A stretch of DNA of 55,298 nt, counting the filler, from Basidiobolus ranarum (lineage: Eukaryota): the NCBI GenBank assembly GCA_040143965.1. It is 2 parts of 2 records of this genome, joined end to end, with 100 filler letters (N's around TTAATTAATTAA, not from the genome) between each part and the next. Parts side by side here need not be neighbours in the genome. Positions count along the whole stretch, not along the records: positions 1 to 27,653 come from JASJQH010000120.1; 1 more part is not named here. One strand, written 5' to 3'. The notes under the pieces were generated by a model, which saw only the letters and a program-made list of their open reading frames with translations, had not been told where the DNA came from and made no database searches. The position numbers were made by a program, and so were the translations under genes. Position 1 is the first letter of the stretch. Every line of letters starts with the position of its first letter. This document shows positions 1-12,555 of the stretch, in pieces.

Positions 1-749
1 TAGCATGTGCTAGACGAATATAGTAAGCATCTATTTCTGACACCGGATAAATTGAAGTACGAATTGTTTGTAGCCAGCTTGGGATGACAATATCATTTTG
101 CAGAAATCTATGGAAAATAATATATGGTGCGCTTAAGACTAACTTACAGATATTAATGTGCCTTAACCCTAACTCAAATGTACGACATTTCTCTACACGT
201 GAACTCCGTGGCTCCATTAATCTAATATAGTAGTGTGGTTTAGGGTTACCACCATGGTTGCTAAACCAGATCATTCATGATATCATTCAGTAATTATGCT
301 TGATTATCACGGAAATTTGCCATCTGGATGTTACACCCGAGAATTTTCCACCGATTCTCTACTTCCGGCAAGAATGGCTAAAAGATCCGTAGTGTTCTAG
401 ACTCATTTACCATTACAAGAAGATCACGATGGCTTTACTCGATTAATAATATAGCTAAGCAGATATTGGATACTCCAAATCTTCCGAAAGTCGGCAAAAT
501 ATTGGCCATAAATCCCAGTTTCCAGTATAGCGAGGTCACATTATAAAATGTTATCTGATATAACGGTTCAAGATGGAGAATATTATGAAAGTGAATAAGC
601 GTAAAGTATATTGTATAGAGTACACAAAATGACACTATCAATCGCATATAACATATTTGAGTAGAATGGTAGGTACTATTCAAAATATTAGACTAGCTTA
701 GCTTATCTGGGGTTGATGCCTCATTGTTCTTCATGTGAAATTACGCAGA

Positions 750-2068
750 TCAAGCCAAGATGTTTTGACGTATCAAATCTCGCTTATCATTACCGAAACC
801 AATTCCATCAAGATACGAGTCGATACCTCCATACTTGTTGCGAATATGAGCCAATGTACCGATCATTACCTATCAGATAGTTGCTGTGAATAAGTAGAAA
901 CTTTGCTTGGTGGTAATTACGTACAAACCTCAGGATTCGATTCAAGAAAGTCTTGACTTATTCCAAGTGCACCCATTTCTTTACTCAGGATCTCATTAAC
1001 AGCTTCTAGTTGCTCTCTACTCTTGCTGTAGTCAGAGATAATGATCTTATCGTCGATTCCGGCGATTAACAAAACCAATGCACTAATTAAACCGGTACGA
1101 TCCTTCCCATGAGTGCAATGGATCAAAATTGGATAGTTGGTTGGTTCAGTGAATAAAGATAGAGCCTAAAACTCAATGTTAGGTTATAAATAAACCCTTC
1201 ACAAAAAAATATAAACAACTGACCATATGCAGTTGTTGGCCCGAATAGTCAAGATAGTCTTCATTGAGTCCTAACAAACCTCGAGCACCAATAATATTAC
1301 TTGCAACATACATGTAGGCTTTCTTCTTCGATACACATAAATAATAGAACATTATCAAACTGTTTACAAGTAGATTAGATATGGGTATTCAATATAATCC
1401 AAGTTGTGCTGTGCATACCTTCTATCTACCAAAGAGGATTTTTTCCATACTGCTTCATATTTGTATCGGTTTCCGGTAAGATTCACTTTGACTGTTTTAC
1501 GAACGCTAGTCTTAACCTTATCTAAAATGTCTTCGCGATCTTCTTCTGATTGTTCTACGTCCTATAAAGTATCATTTTGATAGTGAATAGACGAAATGTA
1601 AATCATGTTGAATAATATAAATCATACCTCTTGAACGTTTACAGGGTATTGTTCAGCTAATTTTTGGTTTAACACACCCTCAGCCCTACATACAGCTTGT
1701 TAGAAAAATGGCGAGAGTTGTCAGTGTGAAGAAAATTCGTTTACTCTGTGCGCAGGTCCAAAATAGTATATATGTTTTTGTTCTCCACTAGGATTTGTAG
1801 ATCAACCTCGTCAATGTCGTCTAAGTGCCAATTAATAAAGTATAGTGAAAAAGGTTATTTTATATATTCAAAGGATGTCGAGGGGAAAAAATGAAACGAA
1901 CCAAGTCTAGCTGAACGAAAAATGGTGTTTTCTTTGAGCAATCTGCTTCGAATTAAAGGTTAAATGGAAGCAGTTGACAGTAGGCTACAATGAAACACAC
2001 CTTGTCCCTACAGCATTGACTTCAACACCAATGTCACGGAAATTATGTACGGTTGAAAATTTAGTCAT
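750..2068 (-). CDS. Tyrosine phosphatase family protein (Y_phosphatase3 / PtpB-like), multi-exon
   Basis: ATG at 2068 reads MTKFSTVHNFRDIG (typical NFRD start). P-loop IHCTHGKDRTG (HCxxGKDRTG) is in ORF 917-1126. Last exon 869-750 reads VMIGTLAHIRNKYGGIDSYLDGIGF...LA*. GT-AG introns lie between. Confidence 0.88.
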
Positions 2069-3000
2069 AGTAGTGGAATGTTTGGTGAAGGTGAGGCACT
2101 TTCGCTTTCCCAATACATGGCTAACCACTTTCGATTAACTTTGCTCCAATCAATCTATTTAGTATAGTAACAAGCCTTTTGCTAACTGAATCTAATTTTG
2201 AATGTAATCTCCATGGCATTACTAACTTCGATCTGAACATGACATCACATATGATGATGTATACTGAAGTCAAAGTTAGGCTGGTACAAATAAGCCATAT
2301 TTGACGATTGGCCTCAACGGTTGATGCGGGCCAACCAGGAGTCAAGCCAGTTGAAGGATGTTCGGAGATTCGGACAAATGAGTGGTTGAAAGCTCATCGA
2401 GTATAGACAAATTGATTTAAAACGCAGCTGTGGGGATAAAACTATTTACCCTTGGAGAAAAGCAATCCCTACTTGGTACAGATAATAATAAAATTCGTAG
2501 ATTTCTCTTACAAATGGAGCCTGACGTTTGTTTCTTTACCGAATGATTCATCGGTGGAAATTATCACCGGTCACTGCGGATTGGGCTTCCCATGATGTGC
2601 GAAATATATTTGGTAATGAGTGAGATAACGCCAATAATCCATTTTTACGGGAATTGTCTTCAGCAGCATTTTGTCTCTAAATATTTTCTTGCGCATATAG
2701 TTTCAAATATGGCTGACTAAATGCTATTGGACGCTTATCGGTGTATATATGGTATTAGATAAGAGTTTGTAATCATTGTATTTTAAATATTGGGATTTGC
2801 GGTGAGACATGACGATTTGATCATCTCTAACCTTGACTGGACAGCTCTTATTTTTGCATATATTTAAATGCTCGTCCCTCGTGGTGGAAACATTATAACA
2901 CGCTCTTTGCATCGTGCTCCCATATACTCACCATTTTTATTCCCATATTTCGTCTCTCAACTTTTCATTCTAACCTACCCCTTTAACCCTTTTAACAATC

Positions 3001-4262
3001 ATGGCTAGTTCGATGAAATTAATAGCCAAGCCTCTACATAATCTACGTACGGAGGGAAAGCAACTACTCGCTTTTGCGGCGACACATCAAATTGGTTTGT
3101 ACTATGTGATTCCGGCAATAGTTTTCTGGATTCATCTAATATAATTTTTAGAGTTACCTTTGATCATATTAACCGGCATCATACTCGGCGATTTGTTTCA
3201 AATCCCTGCGGCTGAAAAATTCCTGCGCTTACAGTATCGCCTTCCTGGCGAAAACTCTTACGGCAAGGGTTGGGACGACCTGTACATCATTACTTTCTGG
3301 GTTGTTTTATTTACCTTCTTGAGGGCTGCCGTCATGAAATACGTTTTTCTACCACTCTCCGAAATTTTAAATATCACCTGTGCCTCAAAACGAACTAGGT
3401 TTCTAGAACAAGCTTGGCAATTTGTTTACTTTTCATTTTCGTGGACCTTGGGCATGGTATATATACTTTTATTCATTCATGAGTATCTGTTCTTCTTTTC
3501 ACACTTTGTCTTGCTTATAGTATATAATGTACAATTCTCCTTACTGGTTTGATGCTAGCCATTTCTGGATTGATTATCCTCACGTAAACATCCCTTACTT
3601 GACCAAGTGGTACTACCTGGCTACCACAGGCTACTGGCTTCAGCAATTTTTCGTATTGACTGTAGAAAAACCACGTAAAGATGTAGCTGTGTTGGTCATC
3701 CATCACTTGATCACCTGCTCACTTTTATTGAGTTCCTATTTTACCAACTTCACCAGAATTGGTAATGCTGTATTATGTATGATGGATTTCTCTGATATTT
3801 GGCTTTCGGTAATTTAATTTCAGTTTGAAAGTTAATATTTGAATTTTACTAATTTCTGCCAATTTAGTTTGCCAAAGTACTACGCTATGTGGGATTTGAG
3901 ACCGTCTGCAACATCGTTTTTGGTTTCTTCGTTGTAGGCTGGGTATACTCTAGGCATTTCATCTACGCTCAAATTGTTTACAGTATATGGTCCGATCCTG
4001 ATGTCTATCACGTTATTGACTGGAACCCAGAGAAAGGGCATTATTTTAACAGAACTGCTCAAACTTTCTTTTTGAGTTTATTTGCTTTACTACAAGTATT
4101 GGCGTTGTTTTGGCTCAGATCTATCATTGGCATCGTTATTAAAGTTCTCAGTGGCAGTAATGCTGATGATGTGAGAAGTGATAGCGAAGATGAAAAGTAA
4201 GATTTGTTTAATATGAATCTCAAACTGAATTATACTAACAATTTAACAACAGAGAGGAATAA
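3001..4262 (+). CDS. LAG1: Ceramide synthase (LAG1/LAC1 family, TLC domain), multi-exon
   Basis: KGWDD, RFLEQAW, the Lag1 motif KPRKD...HHLIT...SY..NFTRIGNAVLCMMDFSDIWL, and an acidic C-terminal tail DDVRSDSEDE. The end is either 4200 (unspliced) or 4262 (small last exon). Confidence 0.93.
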
Positions 4263-4732
4263 TTGATTACGACGAACCATTCTGCTAATTCTTCTTAACG
4301 TTATCGAAGTTAGATTCTGTAAAATTTTCCACCCTTTATTTCTTTTACAACACACTCCTTTAATATTGTTTCATACTTTCCCTTAATATTAGTATCCTTG
4401 CTGTAATAGGATTCAACTGATTTTGAATATATTCAATGCGCATAATTGCCACCAAATTAATGTTTCGATTCGTGTAATAATAAACTGATTAACAAGTACC
4501 GTAGTTAATTTTAATAACTCATGACTGCCATTTATTTGATTAGTGCGTTCGGAATCCATTTTTGCGAGATTTTGCGAGATTTTGCGAAATGTGTAGTAGT
4601 AGTAGTAGTATCTCCGGTGAGTCATCTGCTTTGTATTTGACATTTTTAAGATCAGATCATCGTGCACAAGCTCACCTAATCAAAAGTGAAAGTTACTCGT
4701 TTGGTGCTCTCACTATCCACAACTACTTGACA

Positions 4733-7130
4733 ATGCCCTTAGGTACTGAATTGAATACATTTGAATCGATAACAAAAAAACCTAGAGCCTCACGAGCTTG
4801 CGATATATGTCGTAAAAAGAAAGTTAAATGTGACAACGAGCAACCTGCTTGCTCAAATTGTGTTTCTTACGGATATCAGTGCACGTATCTTGAAAAGCAA
4901 AAAAAGAGAGGGCCTCAACCGAGTTACCCAAAAGCTTTGGAGGATCGCTTAGAACGTTTAGAAGAGGTACTTTCTAATCTCGCCAAACGAGAGACAACTT
5001 TACCCTCAGAAATTGTGGAAGAATTCCATTCTATCGGGCAATCTCTAACTGGAGGTAACATAGAGGTATATATATATTTATTCGTATATATTTGATACAT
5101 AGTGTCTTGTTCTCACTATTTTAATATCACAGAAAAATGACCACTCTGTTGAGAGCGATTTTGATAAACTTGCGCTTGAAGACTCGAAATATTTTACATA
5201 TGCTGGAAGTAGCTCGGGTGCTTACTTACTTAATGGTGGATCTTTTTTCAATCAAGGAAGACTACACAACATCCAAAGGCTTCTTGGTCGAGATGCACAT
5301 TTTTATCTCCACCCTCTCTCGCTTAATCCAGGGTTTCCTTCTGTAGAGCTTCGTGAATCATTATTAGACTATTTTTTTGAATACATTAATCCGATGCTTC
5401 CCACTTTCCCCTTGGGCCGTCGTGACAAAAGCCTCACCAACGAGGATGATACATCAGATCTTCTGTACAACTGCATCTTCGCGGTGGCTTCATTCCATAA
5501 CCCTGTTGGAGTTTTGTTCCCTAATCCCGAAGAATCTTTTTTTGCGTCAAGGGTATTTCATGCTAGAGCCAAAGTACTATTAGACCGACTTATGATTGTT
5601 CCATCCATCGGATTAGTTCAAGCTTTGATTCTACTCAGCGTACATCCTCAGAACGGATGGTTGCATTTGGGAATGGCCATTCGATACGCACAGGAGCTCG
5701 GACTCCATCGAGCATTGAATTCCAAGAATTTAGATCCAATAGAGCGTGAAAAAAGAAAGTTTCTATGGTGGAATTGCGTGTCGCTTGACAGAGGCGTAAG
5801 CTCATTTCTTGGTAGACCATTGGCCATCTATGAATCTGACTGCAATACGTCGCTCCCGCTACTCCCAGAAATTCTGGCCAAGGAAGCCTCAATTGATGTA
5901 AAAGAGCTTGGATATAACCAACGAGCGGTTAAATCGTATATTTTGTTCATTCGCCTCTCGCAAATCATAGCCAAAATACTGCGAGAGATCCACACTGCGG
6001 AAAGTACATCTCAGGGGAAAACCAAGAACAGCTTGAAGGAGTTGAACAAAGCATTGAGCCTATGGGAGACCTCATTACCAAGCGAATTCAAATACGATCC
6101 AAAGGAGACTAAATTAAATGACCGACATACTGTGTCTCTTTGCTTTCTCCATTGTTACTCTTTGATTATTTTGAATCGCCCATTCATACCCAAAGCCTGT
6201 CGGAAGGTTGCGGCAACACACCCCTCTCAGTTGATATGTGCCAAGGCCGCCAGTATTCTAACATACAGTGGTTATTACTTCATGCGAGACAACTATTGTA
6301 TTCCAATGCAAAATGGGATCATATTTACTGCTTGCAGTGTCCATTTGATCAATAGCGTATCCGAGGATCTAGAGTTGGCTCGCATCTCCAAAGTGAACCT
6401 GAAAGCAGGCATTGAGTACTTGAAAGGTGCTGCGAAATACTATCTGGATGTCAAGCGTAGCCTAGCTCTATTGGATGATCTCATAAAGTCTTACAAAATT
6501 GTTGGCTTGGAGGATGTTCCATCGTCACCTGAGCTCTATCACCCGTCGGATATTTCCTTCACTTCCAGTACGCTTGGTAAACATATCCAGCGACATGATT
6601 CAGAATCGTTAATCATCATCCCAGCCGAAATAGCCGAGCGGGTTTTGTTCAACAGCCACCCATCCAACTCTCCCTCATCGTCATCCACATGTTCACCAGC
6701 CGGTGTTGCTTCGTCTGTCTTTACCGCATCTGTTCCTGTTTACTCCGCTTGTGGACTAAATGAACTGCCACCTTCGCAGTCAGTGAACTCGCCGAGCTCT
6801 TATATTCCCTCTGAATCCAGAATGCCAACCATAGAACCTAACCAACAGCTGCCCTCCAATTTGGGGTATCAAGAAAACACTGTACCTGGATCGTACCAAT
6901 CGTCCGCCTCAAAAGAGGAACATTATCCAGTTTTTCCAGATTCACAAAGAAATGGATCTCGTTCTACAGATTTATTTCCTAATTTGGGGATGGCGCTATT
7001 CCCTAATGACGGACTATATCATAGACATACAAATGATGAAGATAGAAGCAATGCGCCCGTACTGAACCCTCTCCAAATGGACTTTAATTTCGAAGAATGG
7101 AGCAGTTATATCAGTCAGTATATGAAGTAG
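4733..7130 (+). CDS. Zn(II)2Cys6 fungal transcription factor with Fungal_trans middle homology domain
   Basis: ACDICRKKKVKCDNEQPACSNCVSYGYQC binuclear cluster followed by a coiled coil. One intron (5066-5132) joins in frame to YAGSSSG... and ORF 5394-7130, which has GMAIRYAQELGLHR and RKFLWWNCVSLDRGVSSFLGRP. Confidence 0.95.
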
Positions 7131-7185
7131 CCATACAATTCAGTATATGAAGTGGCGATGCGCCTATTAGTCAATATGAAGTATC

Positions 7186-7233
7186 GATTCACCTATTGAT
7201 TCACCTATGGATTCACCTATGGATTCACCTATT
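7186..7233. repeat. 12-bp tandem repeat x4 (GATTCACCTAT[T/G]) in the 3' UTR of the Zn2Cys6 gene
   Basis: gattcacctatt-gattcacctatg-gattcacctatg-gattcacctatt, read directly. Confidence 0.9.
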
Positions 7234-8656
7234 TCCTGATTGCCAATTTATCTACAAAGTGATGTCTTGTAAAACTGCCTGTACAGATATGCATCGATTA
7301 ATCGATCAATAGCTTATTTAGACTTATTAGATCGTCTCTTGATTCTCTGGATAGGACGCACATTCTCACCAGTCCATGAACAGCCACTTGTTTTGAGAAA
7401 ATCCACTGCCCACTCCCTTGAGACATTTTCTAAATAAAATAAGAGAACGTGATTCACACCAACCAGTTCTTGTTAATTCCAGGTAAGAAGTAGAGCGGCG
7501 AATACCAAGTAAACGTTGCGTGGAATTTGATCTTCTTAGTTTGGTAAGATTTTGGATATTTGTGGCTCATGCAAGCATCTATCCATATCCTTGAGGAAAT
7601 TTTCCAACCGAAGCACGAACAAGCCATTGTGCAGCCGCAGAAGAATTGCTATTTTGATTTTGGCACTTGTTCTAGCTCTCGCTCATATTAAATTCATTAT
7701 TAGATTCCATTCATTTGAAACCAACCTATATGGAACTTAAATATCTGAGACAATTACGCAGGTTTGAGGGAAAAAAAGGGGAATCAAGTCCCAGAATGCC
7801 ATGGTCAAATTTAGTCAAGTGACAAGTGATCAGATGTTTACTCCAGCGGCTCTTGCAGGAATTCCTGGGGTCGTGTGTTTGCTGCGAGTGGCAATACCGG
7901 CAAAATCCTTCCATATTATCCAAAAATTCAATGGTTGGTATAGATGTGAGATACATTGGAATGGTCTAATTCACAGCTGCTTTCCCACCAGGTGGGAGTA
8001 AAATGCGTTAACTAGCACGGGCTTTTCTCCTCGCTCCACCTTTATGACCAACTGTTTCATTCTCGAGGTTAGTTGCTTTTAAAACATCGGATCGGATGAG
8101 ATCTCGTAAGGTCCTAGCTTTTGATGGATTAGCATATAGATAGATTCCATGGTGTCTCAATGCAGCCCTAATCTCTCTCCTCCCTCTTCTCTCTTCCCTC
8201 CTAACCCTAACCTCCAGTCTATAATGAGTAGAGTCGTGACAATAGGATATTTAATAAATCGTTCGGCGGTGAGAAGAAATGCATTGCTGCTCTCCCTGCT
8301 TCAATATCCTCCCACTCAGATCTCGGTTTAAGTAGTTCAATCTTACCAAAAGCAATCAGCATTTACTCAGGATATAGGCTAATTTCTTCCAAAGCTGTCT
8401 AGATTGAAAGTCATAACGGAAATGCTATTATTCCCCCCTTTTTCCTTTCCTTCTTTACATTGATGATGAGCAGTCACGAAAACCATCCATTTTCAGCATC
8501 TATTTTCAGCATCCATATGTAGTGAATATATTTTGGCCCCCTTAGCATGCATTCAACTATATAAGCTCCAGAGTGTCGATAATCTCAAACAACATCTTTG
8601 TTTAACAGCTTCTGTATCAGAGCCTTTACCTTTTATATTTACTACTTTCCTTCACT

Positions 8657-9931
8657 ATGAAAATCCACGTTAAAGATATTGAATGCTCTTTCCCCTCATT
8701 GATTCATGAGAAGTTTAGCAAAGTCGAAGAGGCTACCAACGATTGGCTTCTCGAATTCAATTTGATTCAAAGCAGATCTGCTCTAGAAAGAGTCAATAGA
8801 TCGAAACTTGGCCGGTTACCTTGCCGTATTCATCCACGCACTCCCTTCAAGTTTGTCTTCTGGGCCACCAAGCTTTACACATGGCTGTTCATGTTCGATG
8901 ATCAGTTCGATGATGGCCCATTAGGTAAGAAAATGACCAAAATGTACCCTATCTTTGTAGCGCTGTTGAAAATACTCGGTACAGATGCCGCAAACGAAGC
9001 CATCACTGAATTCACCAAAAAGATGAGAGGGCACTTTGAAAAGGAAAACAATGCAATAGGCGAGAAAGCCATGCTAAAGCGAGTGAGAAGACGCTCCTCT
9101 GCTTGGAACATCGCTGCCAAGTTTGTTGATCTCGTTAGCTGCAAGAGTAACATACCCGTGGATTATTCCTTGTGGGAGGATCCATTAGCTATGTATGCCG
9201 ACCAGATTCAGCGCGTGCTAACCTCTCCAATCTGCCTTTCCTTGGCTGAGTTGTGGCGGGATTACTGCCGCTTCACTGATCCAGATTTGCAAGAACGTAC
9301 ATCGTTTTATTTCGCACGCTACCTCCGATCATACTTCATGGAGTGTGAAATGCGAAAGGCCAAAGGATTCCCTGACGTTGAAACATATATTCGTAACCGT
9401 CAAGATGCAGGAGGGATGTTGTTAAGCTTGGAAGTGATCGAGTTTACTGAGCAGGCACCAATCCCGAAAGAAATCTATCAATCAGCTGATTTCCAAAAAC
9501 TACGAGTACAGATCATTAACATCGTTTGTTGGACCAACGATCTCTTTTCCTTCGAGAAAGAGTATGCCCATGGAGACATCAACAACTTGGTCATTGTGCT
9601 TCAAAATTCATTACAATGCCCCTTCCAAGAGGCAGCTGACAAAGCCAACGACATGTTGGCTGCAGAAATCCGAGCCTTTGTGGAGACACAGGATGCCCTT
9701 CAAGCTTGGGCCAAAGAGAAATTCGATAAAGAGGTCAGTGAATCTCTGGGACGCCATGTCTTTATCTACCAGAATTGGATCAAGGGACACATCGACTGGT
9801 GCTTTGAATCCTTGCGTTATCATCAAGTTCCGGATGTGGATCAATATTTAGAGAATATCTTTACTTGTAACGCCAAGAGTGACATGCGTCGTAAGAAGAA
9901 CGCAATAGTCAATCAGACCATACAAATCTAA
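8657..9931 (+). CDS. Class I terpene cyclase, bacterial/microbial type (Terpene_syn_C_2 fold), intronless
   Basis: WLFMFDDQFDD (DDxxD), RQDAGG effector motif, NDLFSFEKE (NSE/DTE), NNLVIVL and WCFESLRY (WxxxxxRY). Single 424-aa ORF with a TATATAA about 100 nt upstream. Confidence 0.95.
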   Translation: MKIHVKDIECSFPSLIHEKFSKVEEATNDWLLEFNLIQSRSALERVNRSKLGRLPCRIHPRTPFKFVFWATKLYTWLFMFDDQFDDGPLGKKMTKMYPIFVALLKILGTDAANEAITEFTKKMRGHFEKENNAIGEKAMLKRVRRRSSAWNIAAKFVDLVSCKSNIPVDYSLWEDPLAMYADQIQRVLTSPICLSLAELWRDYCRFTDPDLQERTSFYFARYLRSYFMECEMRKAKGFPDVETYIRNRQDAGGMLLSLEVIEFTEQAPIPKEIYQSADFQKLRVQIINIVCWTNDLFSFEKEYAHGDINNLVIVLQNSLQCPFQEAADKANDMLAAEIRAFVETQDALQAWAKEKFDKEVSESLGRHVFIYQNWIKGHIDWCFESLRYHQVPDVDQYLENIFTCNAKSDMRRKKNAIVNQTIQI

Positions 9932-11085
9932 CCTAACCATTTTGACTTTGTATTAATTCGACTTTGATTTTTATCCTCATTTCATAATTATTGTAACGCT
10001 ACCCAGCCCTCCTTACCTCTTACGCTTTTATTACTCCTAGCTGGACGAATTCTCTATACTGTGTTTACTGTTTAAATGCCCACGACTATGATGGTAGCAG
10101 GCTAAACGATTGGTACGCCAATCCATTTGTAATTTTTTTTGGATTTTGCCTCTCTTCTACACTTACCCTATAAACTCCCATATACAGTTATATCCCCCAC
10201 TACCCTTAACTATTTATTCCCTTTCTTTTGCTTCAAGACATACTTAGATTTTCTCTATTAAAATCGCTTAAAGATACCTGGCTGATACCAATTAAAATCC
10301 ATCTCTCCGCACATTAAGGGGAACTGTGGAGTATGTATCATGTGCATAACTGAAATGAGATCCAAGTTTAATTTGAAACCGATCATTAATGAGATTTCAT
10401 CAATCTCTAATTTTTAATGCATCTTACGTGCATGAATCCAAGTAGTGTATATTCTATAGCCAATTCTATCAAGGAAGGGGGTGCATGATTTTCGGTGAAT
10501 TAGAGATCATTGATTTGATTTCTGTGATTTAGATTAGAAGTCTAGGAATGATCACTTGACTAGATAAGCATATGGATTTTATATGTTTACAAAAATGACT
10601 TGACGGCTAGTAAACCGTGATAAGTGAGTGTGGGTGTGGGTGTGAAAGTGTTTAAATTGAAAGTGACCAAAAATTCAACATAATAATGAATGATTAGAAA
10701 GATGATAGAATGAAATGGACTATGATGCAAACAAACTTATGAGTGGTAAATTCGGGGAATAAACGTAAATGTCCCTAGTATAGGTTGAGTTGTTGCCAAC
10801 TGCCTTACTAACATTATTCGAAAGGAGAACTATATAGGAAAAGAGGTAAAAACCAATTCGTTGAACAAGTTGGACCCTCGGACACAGTATAGGAACCAAG
10901 ATAAGGGGTGGGGGAACCGGTTCATCTCTAAGCGACACGACATCGAGCTGTTGCTCAGACACCAAGCTTTCAACTTGCCTGACAAGTCTCAGCTCTTTCT
11001 GGAGTACAATTCACTAGATTAGAATTGAGTTTGCTCCTGAATTAGCTAGAAAGTTAGTTCAAACATGGTTCATTGCTACCAGTAG

Positions 11086-12555
11086 TTAAGTTGTACTATT
11101 TACGTTGCAGAAATCTACTGTCTCGGAAGGTTGTTGTAGGTGAATCGAAACGGGAGTTCCTAAGTGATTCTTGGAGAGATATATGAGCTTCGATAGTAGA
11201 GAAATCCTTCTTCCACCAACCACTTACCTGATGGGATGGTTGTGTATGGGTGATATTTGGACTTTTCATATCTAACGAAGCGTTAGTACACAATCGTTTG
11301 ATCGGAGGAGTGATGATTCCCTGAAACAATATGCATACAATTAGATAAATTCAACGTACAAAATACTAGGTTAATGATAAGCTTACATCCGACAGTGTAT
11401 CTGAATATTGCGGTGACTGCTGTTCCTGTTGCTCTGGGCTTGAATGTTGTTGTGGCTGGGGTTGCTGTAAATGACGGTGTGTTTGTTGCGATTCAGATAG
11501 CCTCTATTAAAAGGAGTATCAGTTATGTGGCCCTATCAAAAGTGTTTTATTCAAGTACATATTGAGAGAGATATGTATATATATATTCAAGAACTATCTC
11601 TCAATCTACCTTTTTAAATCTAGCTTTAGTATTTTTCACTTTTACGCTAACTATTTTTACTAGTTCATCTCTCAAGTCATTTTTTTGAACGTGCGGGAAA
11701 TTCTGCTCAACAAATTGGTCCCAGGTTGAGGAATCGTAGATATCGAATTTCTTCATAGTTGTAATAGCTATAGAGCGAGAGTGAGAGTAAGAGAATAGTT
11801 CAAATATTGAACTCGTATGTTAATACCTTATTATTATACTATTTTCAGACCATCAAATAAAGAAACTTACCTCCGACATTATTATTGATATTAGTATATG
11901 AGGAGGCGTTTTTTTCAATGTAATTCATAGCCTTAGCTGCAAACTGACGAAGTAACACTTTCACTTTGGCACTTTCCTCCGAAGGTAATTGTGAAACTAG
12001 TCCGAGTAAAAAATTAGAGTGAGCAAAGTTATAAAGAGGATAGATAATGGCACATTTTCAAAGCCCAATTAAAATAGAAAATGAGTGCATACCAGGTGTC
12101 AAGTTCGTATGTGTGGTAAGCATTTGTCCATTGACTGGTGTTCGAATTAACCGAGCCTGAACGGGTGTAAGGTGAGTAGAAGGAGTAGAAGTTTGTGGAA
12201 TAGTGGACCGAATATTAGTGGGAGTTCCTGGATTATTTTGAAGTGGGGCTCTAGAAGTGTGATTCCCAAGAAAATCACTAAACTTCGTCTCTAGACCTGA
12301 AATACGAGCTTGTATAGTTCTAGTGGAAGGTAGACCGAACGCCTCGTTTATTTTATCTTCCAATACGTCCAAGCGTTCATGAATTGTCCGAAACTCGACG
12401 GCAACTTGAGATAATATGGTTGTTTGAATGTCATCGAGTTGCTGTCGTATTTGTGAACCAACATCGTCGACCTCTCTCACGTCAAAATAGTGGTGATTTC
12501 CATTGGCACCCATGGAGTCATGTACAACATTACCAGGTTGTTCAGGGTAATTCAT
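11086..12555 (-). CDS. Hypothetical nuclear protein: N-terminal coiled coil, Pro/Thr linker, helical BEN-like domain, Gln-rich tail
   Basis: Phase-consistent exons 12555-12093, 11996-11871, 11767-11610, 11503-11387, then from 11320. The stop is at 11096 or, if a further GTAAGT intron is used, 11086. The BEN similarity is by eye only. Confidence 0.72.

Noticed and set aside
160-255. Scattered CCCTAA/TTAGGG telomere-like hexamers (also near 8200, 29760, 53290, 54765)
   Set aside because: Single or double copies only; not an interstitial telomere array and compatible with chance or ordinary promoter motifs.
4562-4732. TTG-initiated N-terminal extension of the Zn2Cys6 ORF with poly-Ser
   Set aside because: Derived from a TTTGCGAGAT repeat and (TAG)n microsatellite in the promoter/5' UTR; ATG 4733 is the more plausible start.
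11827-11838. Possible 12-nt microexon (AG-TATAATAATAAG-GT) in the BEN-like gene
   Set aside because: It would need a 32-nt upstream intron and introduces an in-frame TAA; direct splicing already keeps the frame.
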